From NCBI GenBank assembly GCA_021827645.1, contig JAKAVA010000043.1:593-64592 (forward strand): a stretch of 64,000 nucleotides of DNA, read 5' to 3'. The stretch is from Planctomycetota bacterium (lineage in GTDB: Bacteria > Planctomycetota > Phycisphaerae > WQYP01). Under the pieces are notes generated by a model. It had not been told where the DNA came from. It did no database searches and worked only from the letters and a program-made list of their open reading frames with translations. Positions within the stretch are counted from its first letter, which is position 1; every line of letters begins with the position of its first letter. A program made the translations under genes and the position numbers. Below are positions 18,226-28,007 of this stretch, piece after piece.

Positions 18226-20136
18226 ATGATCAATTACCTTAAACAAAAAATGCCGGACGGGTTTTTCCCCGCTCCATTTCCTGACCAGACCGCCTCACCG
18301 CTTCGAATCTGCCTGGTCGTTTCGCACGAGGAAAAACCGGAGCGGCTCGTGCCGCTGACAACGGGGCCGTTTATCCGTTCCTTTCTGGGATGTCTGATCG
18401 ACGCGGATGACCGGGTGTTAGACTGGCTCGCGCTGGAATTTCAGGCCCGGCCTGCGGAACTCGCGTGTCCGCTCGTCGATCGTCTTACCAATCAGGCGCT
18501 TGATGATCTCTGGAAAAGCTCGGTGCGTGGAATAAAGGCTGCCGGTGCCGATGATGTCGCCACGGGGTGGGAACTTCGCCATCCGCCGCCACTGGCGCTT
18601 CATCGCCGCCGCCGCACGCTGGAATATTTTTCTCTGGATGGTACCGTGCCACTGCGCCTCTGCACCGATGCCGGAAAGCTCGCCGCCGCCGGTCTTCCTG
18701 ATTATGTCGGAAGTTGCGCCCGTTACGTGGCGCTTGATCGGCCCGATGCGCCCACCGAATTTTTCACGGCTGACGAACCGGTCGTGGCATCAGGGCGATC
18801 TCTGATAGACCTCATGGCGGAACGTGATTACCTGCCGATCAATCCCGGCTGCAGATTTCTTCGCTGCCGTATCGCCACGCCCATTGATCCCGCCTCGCTC
18901 GCCGACGTTTTCGGTGGGGCTCCGTGGAGTGGCCTCAAGGCGGGAAGAGATGTGGTCGATGTCGGTGGGCTGGTAGAGATTGTGACCGACCGCAACCGAC
19001 CACCAACATCTTCAAGTCTCTTCCTTTCACGGCACGGACACTGGGGCCGGACCATTGAGGGGCTGCATCTCAAAATAAAAATGCTCTCCGATATGGCCGT
19101 GGCGGTGCGAGCCCTGCTTTCCGGCATGCATCGACCGATCCTCAATCTTTCACTCTCCGGATTCTCCACGCGTGTTTCGTCCCCCTCAGTCGGGCTGCCC
19201 TTTCTCTGGACGGCGCAGGTCGGCTTGGTGGACACCGGAATCGCGATCCCGATTGAAATAGCGGCCGGTTCGGCGGAAATATTTACGCCCGCCGTTGGCC
19301 TGCCCAGCTCGATTTATCAACCACAACGGGCGGACGTCCGTGCCGTTGCCGGGCATGCCGATTTCCGTCTGCGTCGCGTCGAGACCGATGGACAGAATCG
19401 GATTATGATCGACGGTACGCTGGTGGCACGCGAAACCGAGATGCCAGCCGATGCCGTCCTCTCAATCCGGATGAACTTATCCGGCCGGGAGATCAGTCTC
19501 GCCGGGACAGCATCACCGGGTGTGGCCCCGGGGGAGTGGCAATTCAACGGCACACTGCAGTCGCAGCAGCCGGAAACCATGGCTGCATTAAAAGCTGCAG
19601 AAGGGGCGGTATTTCATAACATCTGGTTGGATATCCTGCCGAATTGCGATGCTGCCTTTGATCTCTACGCCCTTGCCGTCTGTTTTACCCGCGTCCTGCT
19701 GGGAGGATCCGCCAATCCGTTGCCGGCGTTGATGGATGATCTTCATGCGTTGGCCCGCCTTTTAGCGCCAGAAGGGGCAAATCGGGGTGATCGGCTCATC
19801 AAGCTGATCACGGAAGACGAGCGTTTCAAAAAATCCTTCGGCGTTGAGAATGTTTTTCTGGATCCGCAACTCAGGCAATCTGCTCCGGAGATGATACCGA
19901 TGGAGATATGGCGTAAACTATTGGAATCACTGCTTAAAATGCTTCCGGGGATTCTGCCGGATGCGTTCCTTCGACGCTACGGCGGTGTTCGCGGTAAAAA
20001 CCAGGCCGCCTGCTTTGACAGCCTGTGCGACTCTCTGATCAGCCTGCTCGTGCAGACCCGCAGTCTGATGGTGATTGATTGGCGGATGAACCGCGAAATC
20101 CATGCCGTTATCCGGCGTGTGGCCACAGGCATTTAA
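18226..20136 (+). CDS. Hypothetical T6SS-linked cytoplasmic protein with degenerate protein-kinase-like motifs
   Basis: Long co-oriented ORF, RBS AGGAG before ATG 18226; RPILNLSLSGF (catalytic-loop-like) and FDLYALAVCFTRVLL (subdomain IX-like); no signal peptide or TM. Confidence 0.7.
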   Translation: MINYLKQKMPDGFFPAPFPDQTASPLRICLVVSHEEKPERLVPLTTGPFIRSFLGCLIDADDRVLDWLALEFQARPAELACPLVDRLTNQALDDLWKSSVRGIKAAGADDVATGWELRHPPPLALHRRRRTLEYFSLDGTVPLRLCTDAGKLAAAGLPDYVGSCARYVALDRPDAPTEFFTADEPVVASGRSLIDLMAERDYLPINPGCRFLRCRIATPIDPASLADVFGGAPWSGLKAGRDVVDVGGLVEIVTDRNRPPTSSSLFLSRHGHWGRTIEGLHLKIKMLSDMAVAVRALLSGMHRPILNLSLSGFSTRVSSPSVGLPFLWTAQVGLVDTGIAIPIEIAAGSAEIFTPAVGLPSSIYQPQRADVRAVAGHADFRLRRVETDGQNRIMIDGTLVARETEMPADAVLSIRMNLSGREISLAGTASPGVAPGEWQFNGTLQSQQPETMAALKAAEGAVFHNIWLDILPNCDAAFDLYALAVCFTRVLLGGSANPLPALMDDLHALARLLAPEGANRGDRLIKLITEDERFKKSFGVENVFLDPQLRQSAPEMIPMEIWRKLLESLLKMLPGILPDAFLRRYGGVRGKNQAACFDSLCDSLISLLVQTRSLMVIDWRMNREIHAVIRRVATGI

Positions 20137-20182
20137 TTTGGTGTATATTGAACTCCATAGCAATGTGTTTGAGGATACCTCT

Positions 20183-20764
20183 ATGAAACAGAAAAAACAG
20201 ATGAGAACCGCAAAGTGGAGCCTTTTCGGATCTGCAGCCCGAAAATTGTCCGCTGCCGCCACCTTCGGATTCCTCGCCTTGACGCTGGGGGGGTGCTGCA
20301 GCGGCGGAATGATGCACCGCAACATCAAACTTACGCTGGGAAAAAGCCTCCGACAGAATAATACATCCACGAGTTCCATTACCGTCGATCTGGTCGGTGT
20401 CAACGGCTCGGATTATCAGCGCTGGTATAACTATGCGATGACCAAATATTTCACGGCCGGCAATTCCCTCCGCGCCGGCGCCACCAAGGCCGTTGTGCAT
20501 TTTGTGCCCGGTGGACCTGCATCGGCAACCTTCTCAAAACATAACCCGATCTGGAAACAGTGGAAGGCGCAGGGCGATACTTATCTCTTCATCCTTGCCT
20601 CGCTCCCGGGTTTACGCCAAGATCTGCCTGGACCGGAAGATTCGCGTCGCTTGGTGCTTCCATTCAACCGCTGCCGATGGCCTGGATCGGCTAACCCCAT
20701 CAAGGTGGCGGTTAAAAACAGCGGTTTGGTCTGCCTAACGCCGCCCAAGCCGAAGCATCAGTAA
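20183..20764 (+). CDS. Lipoprotein, putative TssJ-like
   Basis: RBS GAGG; basic N-region, hydrophobic stretch and lipobox LGGC; ~160-aa beta-rich mature domain (ITVDLVGV...F.PG...YLFILA...RRLVLP...IKVAV) reminiscent of TssJ. Confidence 0.65.
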   Translation: MKQKKQMRTAKWSLFGSAARKLSAAATFGFLALTLGGCCSGGMMHRNIKLTLGKSLRQNNTSTSSITVDLVGVNGSDYQRWYNYAMTKYFTAGNSLRAGATKAVVHFVPGGPASATFSKHNPIWKQWKAQGDTYLFILASLPGLRQDLPGPEDSRRLVLPFNRCRWPGSANPIKVAVKNSGLVCLTPPKPKHQ

Positions 20765-20793
20765 TCGCCCCCATGATGCGCTGAAAACGGAGC

Positions 20794-23700
20794 GTGGCCG
20801 TGTCGATGCCCGAGTTGATTCAAACCGCTGCTCCGCTGCGCTGTACCGGCTTGATCGAGTATCATCGGGCCCTGTTCGGCGGCGAATCGTCGATGATCCG
20901 CCGGTTCCGTGGTCCCGATTTCTGGCACCCGCTGCGCCGGATTTCAGCGACGGCCGACTTTATTAAATCGATGCAGCTCCAGCATACTCTTGGGCAGCAG
21001 TCCGATCGCTGGCAGAAAGTTTTCACCATTGAGGCGTCGTCCATCGACGACGCGTGGTCTGCCGCCGCCGATGCTGAGCATACCGTCGGTCAATTGATCC
21101 TTCTGCAATGCTGCCCCGATCCCCAATCTCTGGTGCGATTGGTGCGTGAGATACTCGAAGCCTTACGTGATGCCCTTGTGCTTACGGGGCGTACTCATGG
21201 AAATCTGTCCGCAGACCGAATTTTGCTTTCATCTCGGAACGTCACGGAATGCCAAATCATACTCTCCGAGCCATTACCCCGATCCGGGGCCGAGATCACA
21301 ATTCCGGCTGATCTTCAGGCGCTGGGGCGGATCATCTGCGAACTTATTACCGGGCGATTCTGGTCGCCGACAACACCGCTTGAGCCTGAAAGTGAGGATT
21401 TCAAAAAGTGCGGCTCGAATTGGCGGCAGTGGATGTCTTTTACCCGCGATCTTCTGGAACTCGATCACAGTCGGGATTCGCTCGATCAATTCATGGCACG
21501 AGTCGATTCTCTCAAGCCTCGCAAAAGTCGAGCCCCGATGGCGGCTGCCGTGACGGCGATGGTGCTCATTACCGCATTGGTGGGGTTCGTATACCTGCGC
21601 CATCGGCAGGAAATGGCCCGCCTCGCCCGCTTCAACGGCGCCTGGCCGGTATACGTTGAAAACTATTCAACCTGGTTCGCGCTCTTTGCAAAGGATCGCC
21701 CGCTGCTTGAAAGCTCTCCGGTATTTGCATCCATTCGACAGGAACTTGCAAAAAGGCCGGTGCTCAATCCGGACAGCATTCTCCATGAGTTCACGGCCCT
21801 GCTGAGCCGGGACAAAATCCAGCATGATCTTGCCTCCAGTGCCGGTGCCTCGCGCCGGTTCGGCCTCGCTGTTGTTCTGCTGATGCGCTCGGAGCATGCC
21901 CTCTCACAAATATACGCTCAATTGGCCTCGGCGCAGACACAGTGGCGGCACAACGGCTGGAATCTGCCGGCACAGCAACTGAAAACCCGGTTGCTTGCCA
22001 ATCTTACTCCTGATACCGCCCTGATACCGTTTCTAAAACTTCATTCCGCTCCATGGGCCCGAAGCGGTAACATCCGACGGTTGGCCGCTCATTCCAGGCG
22101 AGAGGCGCAACGTCAGTTGCGGGATCTGCTTGCCGCCCGCCGCGTCGAAGCCGATTACCATACTCTGCAACAGTCATTTTCCATGCTGGCAAAAAATCCG
22201 CATCACCTGGTGTCAGATTTTCCGGCATATGCTGCCCATTACCTCAAACGCTGCCGCTCCATTCATGCCTTGGGACTTTCCGTCATGATGATGGCCCATC
22301 AGGCCCGGCTCGCAGAACAGGCTCTTACCCGCTACGGCTCCCGCCTGCAATGGAAACTCATCAACGCCCGTCGCAGACCCACCTCGACCGTATCGCCCGA
22401 TCAATATTTTCCCCAATGGTTTGATTATTGCCGTATCAGCCCGGATCACAACGCCTATCTCACCCAACAGGCAGCACTCAACGCCCGCATCGCATCGATT
22501 CGTCTCAATATCAGCCGGGCACAGCGCCTGCCCCGCCCACCGACCGTCAACTACTCCGACGAGCTCCATCAGATTACCGCGCCGCTCACCGCAATCAGCA
22601 AGCCGGATTTCTGGATCGAAAAAAATAAGGCCAGATTGGATTCTGTGGTTAAGTCCACCGCCGCTCACCTCAACAGCCTGCACTCGGAGATCGTGGCATT
22701 TATTGATTCGGAGATTAATCTGAAAAAGTGGACAGCCCAGTTCATCGGATTCGACGGTTCCGGCCGTCACTACCCGGTGAATCCCCGCGCACTTGACCCA
22801 TTTTCCCTCTCGGCGCTGAACCGGCTTTACCTGCGGCGAATCCAGTTCATCGTTCTCGGGCCGGGCGCATCCGGTGTCGCAGCTTGGAAACCCGATGCCG
22901 CAACCTATCGCACTCTGCTGGCCTCCCTCCGATCACGCCGATGGCAGGTGCCGCAGATTAATACACGTGTCGCAGCCCTCAAGGCCTCATTGAGGCATCT
23001 GGCCGATGACGTATTCAAAATCAATCCGGCGCCCCGGAAATCTCCCGTCGGTGGCACCAAAACGGATCGGCTGCTTGCCGCGACACTCATCCCCGCCCGT
23101 ATGGCGGCCATCGAGGTGGCATGCCGATTGGGAAAGTTCGGCCCGCATGAAACCCTCATACCGCCCAAACGGGTTGTCGATCTCTGGCGCAGGCAGCAGT
23201 CAGCATTTAATACACTCGTGAATGGGCTCCGCGTTTTGGAAAACCGCATGGCTGCTGCGTCGCTCTATGATGAGTCATCCTCTACGCCGTCATCTCCTGC
23301 GGTTCAATACGCGCTATTGACGAAAAATCTCTGGTGGTCGAACCCGACCGTCATTTCCGTCACCGCACCATTGCGCCGCAGCATCAAAATGGCAATCGAT
23401 ATCCAAAAAGCTTCCGCCGCCGATCTGCCCAACCTCGCCTCTAAAATTCCGGCCTATCCGCAGCGATTGCAGCCGTTTCTGGTTCGATCTCTCTGGCACC
23501 GAACAGGTCAGTGGCGGTTGCAGTCCCACACTGATCTTCTCGCCCTCGAAGAGAATCTGGCCCAGCGACTCGACGCATTTGCCGAAAGTTCCGCCCTCAA
23601 GAAATTGCATCCCCAAATCGCCGCGCGATTGCGGGAGGACCTGCGTCTGAGATGGCAGCGGCGATTGGACGAGGCCGGCCCGGTCGGCCGGGTCGCGCCG

Positions 23701-25107
23701 GTTGTTCTCGCCAGTCCAAGTTACGGTGTGACGTTGAACCCTATCCGCACGCTCGCCGATCTGACTGCTTTTCACCATCTCTCATCCACCGCCCGATTCA
23801 ACCTGCTCGTCTTTGCCCTCAACCAGCAGGCCTCCGGCATTAAAAGTCCCGTTCGGGCCAAACAGATCGCCGCTCACTTTGCCGATCTTCTCGCTGCGGC
23901 GCGCAGGCACCCCGTTTACCGCGCATGGACAACGTTACCTCCGTATCTGAGTCTTACCGCGGAACTGACTGCCGTGCTCAAGGCCAATCCCGCCAAAGCT
24001 TCCGAGCCGTCCGGCCCGGCACTCGCCGGATGGCACGAGCAGAAAATCAGCCCGACACAACGCCTGTTTATCGCGCCGGGCGGCAGGCAGCGCCTGCAAT
24101 TTACCCTTGTTCATCCATTAAATGGCCACGCCTGCTTTCTGTGCGATCAGGAGTTGCGGGTCGGAATATTCCTGCACACCGTGCATTCCAGCGATAATAT
24201 TTTACGGCGCCCCGCCTCCGGATTTTTCAACCTGATCAGGTACAACACCGATGATCTGGGTCCACACACGTGGATCTACTCACGTCAAACAGATGATATT
24301 TCCCTGGCGCCCAACTGGTTTACCAACACGAATCAGATATACGCCGCTCCTCGATTCCCCGCATCGATTTCCGCCGCCGCAGGAAAGTTACGGGCCTCCG
24401 CCGGTGGCAACCCGACGCGAGACGATCCTGTGCAGTACCTGCCACCGCGGGCCGCAGTCTATCTGGCGGCATTGCTCGGCTGCCGCCTGCCAACTCCGCG
24501 GGAGTGGCAGGCGGCCTATCGGCAAAGCCGGGCGACGACCACCGGCGCTCTGTTACCCGGCCGTGCGCTGGCGTCTTATGTTGCCTATTTGAGACGCGAG
24601 GATTCCACCCGCGACGCCCGGCTTCCCACACCCCGGTTTTGGGATATCTTCGGCAGTTCCGCCCCCGCCCTTGGGGCGTATCGAAATGACTATGGCACTG
24701 GTGGAACCAACCGCATATTCTTCCGGCCAACTGGTAATGGCGGTACATCTCGTTCATTTGCCAATCTCGTCGGTAACGTGGCGGAGTATGTATTTCATGA
24801 TACCGGCGCCTATTCCAAGGAGTTGAAAATCTGGCTCAAAAACCCGAAAGCCCTCACCGTCAAATCCGTCCAATCCCTTCTGACGGCTCGGGCTATGAAG
24901 CGCTTTTATGTCATCGGTGGTTCCGCCCTGACGCCTCTGGGAAAGATATCCCCCGATACACCGATCACCATTAATTGGGCCACGCGTCGGGCGAAGCGTG
25001 GATTTTCGGATGTCGGAATCCGCCTCGCCTACCGGCGCCGCGTGCTGACGCCCCAGCAACTTCTCGCCAGACTCATCCGCCGCAATCATTACGCCGGGGC
25101 CGGATGA
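20794..25107 (+). CDS. Large inner-membrane protein: N-terminal pseudokinase, single TM, long helical region, C-terminal FGE-sulfatase/SUMF1-like domain
   Basis: HGNLSADRILL and DLQALGRIICELITG; TM MAAAVTAMVLITALVGFVYL; PVQYL...LGCRLPTPREW, NLVGNVAEYV, GGS, GFSDVGIRLA. Confidence 0.8.
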   Translation: MAVSMPELIQTAAPLRCTGLIEYHRALFGGESSMIRRFRGPDFWHPLRRISATADFIKSMQLQHTLGQQSDRWQKVFTIEASSIDDAWSAAADAEHTVGQLILLQCCPDPQSLVRLVREILEALRDALVLTGRTHGNLSADRILLSSRNVTECQIILSEPLPRSGAEITIPADLQALGRIICELITGRFWSPTTPLEPESEDFKKCGSNWRQWMSFTRDLLELDHSRDSLDQFMARVDSLKPRKSRAPMAAAVTAMVLITALVGFVYLRHRQEMARLARFNGAWPVYVENYSTWFALFAKDRPLLESSPVFASIRQELAKRPVLNPDSILHEFTALLSRDKIQHDLASSAGASRRFGLAVVLLMRSEHALSQIYAQLASAQTQWRHNGWNLPAQQLKTRLLANLTPDTALIPFLKLHSAPWARSGNIRRLAAHSRREAQRQLRDLLAARRVEADYHTLQQSFSMLAKNPHHLVSDFPAYAAHYLKRCRSIHALGLSVMMMAHQARLAEQALTRYGSRLQWKLINARRRPTSTVSPDQYFPQWFDYCRISPDHNAYLTQQAALNARIASIRLNISRAQRLPRPPTVNYSDELHQITAPLTAISKPDFWIEKNKARLDSVVKSTAAHLNSLHSEIVAFIDSEINLKKWTAQFIGFDGSGRHYPVNPRALDPFSLSALNRLYLRRIQFIVLGPGASGVAAWKPDAATYRTLLASLRSRRWQVPQINTRVAALKASLRHLADDVFKINPAPRKSPVGGTKTDRLLAATLIPARMAAIEVACRLGKFGPHETLIPPKRVVDLWRRQQSAFNTLVNGLRVLENRMAAASLYDESSSTPSSPAVQYALLTKNLWWSNPTVISVTAPLRRSIKMAIDIQKASAADLPNLASKIPAYPQRLQPFLVRSLWHRTGQWRLQSHTDLLALEENLAQRLDAFAESSALKKLHPQIAARLREDLRLRWQRRLDEAGPVGRVAPVVLASPSYGVTLNPIRTLADLTAFHHLSSTARFNLLVFALNQQASGIKSPVRAKQIAAHFADLLAAARRHPVYRAWTTLPPYLSLTAELTAVLKANPAKASEPSGPALAGWHEQKISPTQRLFIAPGGRQRLQFTLVHPLNGHACFLCDQELRVGIFLHTVHSSDNILRRPASGFFNLIRYNTDDLGPHTWIYSRQTDDISLAPNWFTNTNQIYAAPRFPASISAAAGKLRASAGGNPTRDDPVQYLPPRAAVYLAALLGCRLPTPREWQAAYRQSRATTTGALLPGRALASYVAYLRREDSTRDARLPTPRFWDIFGSSAPALGAYRNDYGTGGTNRIFFRPTGNGGTSRSFANLVGNVAEYVFHDTGAYSKELKIWLKNPKALTVKSVQSLLTARAMKRFYVIGGSALTPLGKISPDTPITINWATRRAKRGFSDVGIRLAYRRRVLTPQQLLARLIRRNHYAGAG

Positions 25108-25161
25108 TTCCACCCGGGTTCCGTCGCACATCTCGCGGGTAAAGGCTCGGTCAGGGGTGCC

Positions 25162-27594
25162 TCAGTAGGTCTTTATGTTGATGGTTGCACTTGAAAGTCC
25201 TCGGGCATGAGCTGTCACCTTAATAACGCCCGGCGTATGGCCGGCACGAACCAGTACCATGCACAGGCCGTCAAAAGCACGACGCCAGTCGGCAATATTC
25301 ATTTCATGGCTTACCGGATCGCCGTTACCAACCCCTGCAATCTCACCCGCCCCGGTTACCTGGAAATGCACCCGGTTTGACGCGCCGGGCACAACATGGC
25401 CGTGGGAGTCAACCACTTCAACGGCAATCGGGGCTATGCTCTCCCCGTCTGCCTTGAGATGCGTGAATTCGTCGATCAGTCGCAATGCTATGGCCGGCCC
25501 GGCCGTATGCAGGCTCATATGGGCAACCTCCCGTCCCGCATCAAATCCCTTGGCCGTTAATGTTCCAGGTTCATACGGAACCGTCCACGCGAGATATTGA
25601 TATCGCGGCATGGATTTGGACCCCAACGATTTGCCGTTCAAATAAAGGGTGACGTGAGCGCAGTTGGAATAGCAGCGAATTCGAATCGGTTTACCGATCC
25701 TGTTGGCGTTAAATGTCCATGCCGGAAAAATATAGATCGATGGCTTTTTCCGCCACCATGCGCGCCAATAGTAATAGCACGGCTTGCGGAAACCGCACAA
25801 ATCCATCGCGCCGGTTTGACTCGTCACCGCCGGCCAACCGAATGGATTCGGCTCGCCCCGGTAATCAAAACCGGTCCAGACAAAAGCCCCGGCCACAAAG
25901 GGATGGGTCACGACCGGCGGCCATGAAAGCCACGGCTCATGGTTTGAAAACCAACTGCGTGGATGGCGAAGTCTGGCGCCGTATTCCGAACAAAGTCCGG
26001 TCTTACGGCTGGTTTTCAGTACCCCGCGATCGCTGAAACAATTGAAGTCTTCACTGCCGAAGATCATTTTATCCGGATATTCCCGGTGCAATCGCGTATA
26101 AAGGTTGCAGCTATAGTTAATACCCAGCAAGTCCTCAACGCTGAGAAATCCCTCTCGCGTATACCCATTGTTCATGGCGCAGCTCACCGGCCGCGTCGGG
26201 TCAAGACGGTGAACCAGTTTCTGCATCGCCGCAAAAATCCTCGCCCCCTCGGCAGTCCCCTGGAGCGCATTTTCCTCGTTGCACATCGACCAGAAAATCA
26301 CGCACGGATCATTCCGCTGCTGCAGAATCATGGCACGCAGATCGGACAGGTTGGAATAAGGTGTTCCCGGGGGCGACTTGGGCGTCCACGCGTCCCCGAG
26401 ATGCCGATTCTCGTCCATCACCAGCATGCCGAGATGGTTGCACGCGCGATAAAACGCCGTCGGCAGGGGGTTATGGGCCGTGCGATACGCGTTGCATCCC
26501 ATCGCTTTCAATTTCTTTATCCGCCATGTCCACAGATTGTCCGGAACTCCAATCCCCACACCCGGAAAATCCTGATGATTGCACATCCCCTGAATTTCCA
26601 CATGTCGGCCATCCAGAAAAAATCCATGATCCGGATCAAATCGCAGCGTCCTTATCCCGAAAGTCGTCCGCTTCTCATCCACGGCAGATTGATGAACTGA
26701 AAGTATGGTTATTAAATGATACAGATTCCGATGCCCCAGAGACCATATCTTCGCACGCGCTAACATCAAATGCTGAACAAATGTCTCCGTTGCTCCCGCC
26801 CCCAGATGTTCCCTTGTCGAAACGCTCGCCACGCGCTTTCCGGCCGTTCCCCGAATACTGGATTTCAGAATGAATGACCGTCCCGAGCGGTGTGCGTTTT
26901 GAACCGTTGTTTGAATCGTGATCATCGCATCGGCCGTATCCCCGGCTGAATTCTGTCGGATCGCTCCCATGACTCGGCTGATGGCGAAAGTTCCCCAGGG
27001 CGCCACATGCAGTCGGTTGGTCACAATAAGCCGTACATGCCGATAAATGCCTCCCCCCTGATACCACCACCCCTCATTCCATCTGGGATCAACATAAACC
27101 GTCAAAACGTTTGGCGTTCCATAGCGTACCAGGCGACTGATGTCATATCGAAAAGCCGTATAGCCGCTCGGATGCTGCCCCACCAAATGCCCGTTGATAA
27201 ATACAATCGCGTCGCGGTATACGCCCCCGAAATTCAACCAGATCGTCTTACCCCGATCGGATGAAGGGATATTCAATGTTCTCTTATACCAAGCCGGATA
27301 AACCGGCAACGATCCGGCGCGGACACTGGCCCGATGAGTTATATGCCCCGCAACAATATAGTCATCGGGTAACTGTGTGTTTTCCCATTTTGCTCCGGGC
27401 CCGGGGCATTTCAGGGCCGCCACAGCCGCAGAGCTCAGCACAGGTTTAACCGCCCGCTGCGTCGCATTCGTCAGGCGGCATATCTTCCAGTGCATGTCCA
27501 GACTTGTAACCGTTCGCGCCGATACAGCGCTTACCCCGACCATGGTACCAAGAAGTAATGCGGTTAAAGCTCGGGTAAAATAGTTGAAACTCAA
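25162..27594 (-). CDS. Glycoside hydrolase family 2 (beta-galactosidase-like), secreted
   Basis: Signal peptide; HPSGYTAFRYDI, GGGIYRHV, FGIRTL, GMCNHQD, NAYRTAHNP, WSMCNE, WTGFDYRGEP; TTG start after GAGGAG. Confidence 0.93.
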   Translation of the reverse strand: MSFNYFTRALTALLLGTMVGVSAVSARTVTSLDMHWKICRLTNATQRAVKPVLSSAAVAALKCPGPGAKWENTQLPDDYIVAGHITHRASVRAGSLPVYPAWYKRTLNIPSSDRGKTIWLNFGGVYRDAIVFINGHLVGQHPSGYTAFRYDISRLVRYGTPNVLTVYVDPRWNEGWWYQGGGIYRHVRLIVTNRLHVAPWGTFAISRVMGAIRQNSAGDTADAMITIQTTVQNAHRSGRSFILKSSIRGTAGKRVASVSTREHLGAGATETFVQHLMLARAKIWSLGHRNLYHLITILSVHQSAVDEKRTTFGIRTLRFDPDHGFFLDGRHVEIQGMCNHQDFPGVGIGVPDNLWTWRIKKLKAMGCNAYRTAHNPLPTAFYRACNHLGMLVMDENRHLGDAWTPKSPPGTPYSNLSDLRAMILQQRNDPCVIFWSMCNEENALQGTAEGARIFAAMQKLVHRLDPTRPVSCAMNNGYTREGFLSVEDLLGINYSCNLYTRLHREYPDKMIFGSEDFNCFSDRGVLKTSRKTGLCSEYGARLRHPRSWFSNHEPWLSWPPVVTHPFVAGAFVWTGFDYRGEPNPFGWPAVTSQTGAMDLCGFRKPCYYYWRAWWRKKPSIYIFPAWTFNANRIGKPIRIRCYSNCAHVTLYLNGKSLGSKSMPRYQYLAWTVPYEPGTLTAKGFDAGREVAHMSLHTAGPAIALRLIDEFTHLKADGESIAPIAVEVVDSHGHVVPGASNRVHFQVTGAGEIAGVGNGDPVSHEMNIADWRRAFDGLCMVLVRAGHTPGVIKVTAHARGLSSATINIKTY

Positions 27595-28007
27595 GGGTGA
27601 TTCTCCTCGTAATCTGATGGTGCTCCATAACTATCCGGCCCTGCCAATCTGCAGATCACAGTTCGCGGACAGATCATCGCGCGTTTCGGTTGATGATCAC
27701 TCTGCGCGCATACGCGATATCAGCACCTTGAAACGGCCTCGCCGGTTTGCTCTCCATCGGAAATAAACATTCTCGTCAGGCTCCATGTAGCGGCAATTGA
27801 CGATGTATCAAACGGACGCAACCTGCATATTTAATAGCGGAGCTGACCGTAAGGCGACGTCAAGAAAGATAGCGCTGGCCTGTCCGATCGTCAAGCCGCA
27901 CTCAAAAGGGGCGAGCCGGTTGCCGATGCGGATGCAATCTGTTACGCTCCGCAAGGTACAGGGCAAGGGTGATTGACGCATGACCAGGCTGCGATTGGGG
28001 TGCTGCT

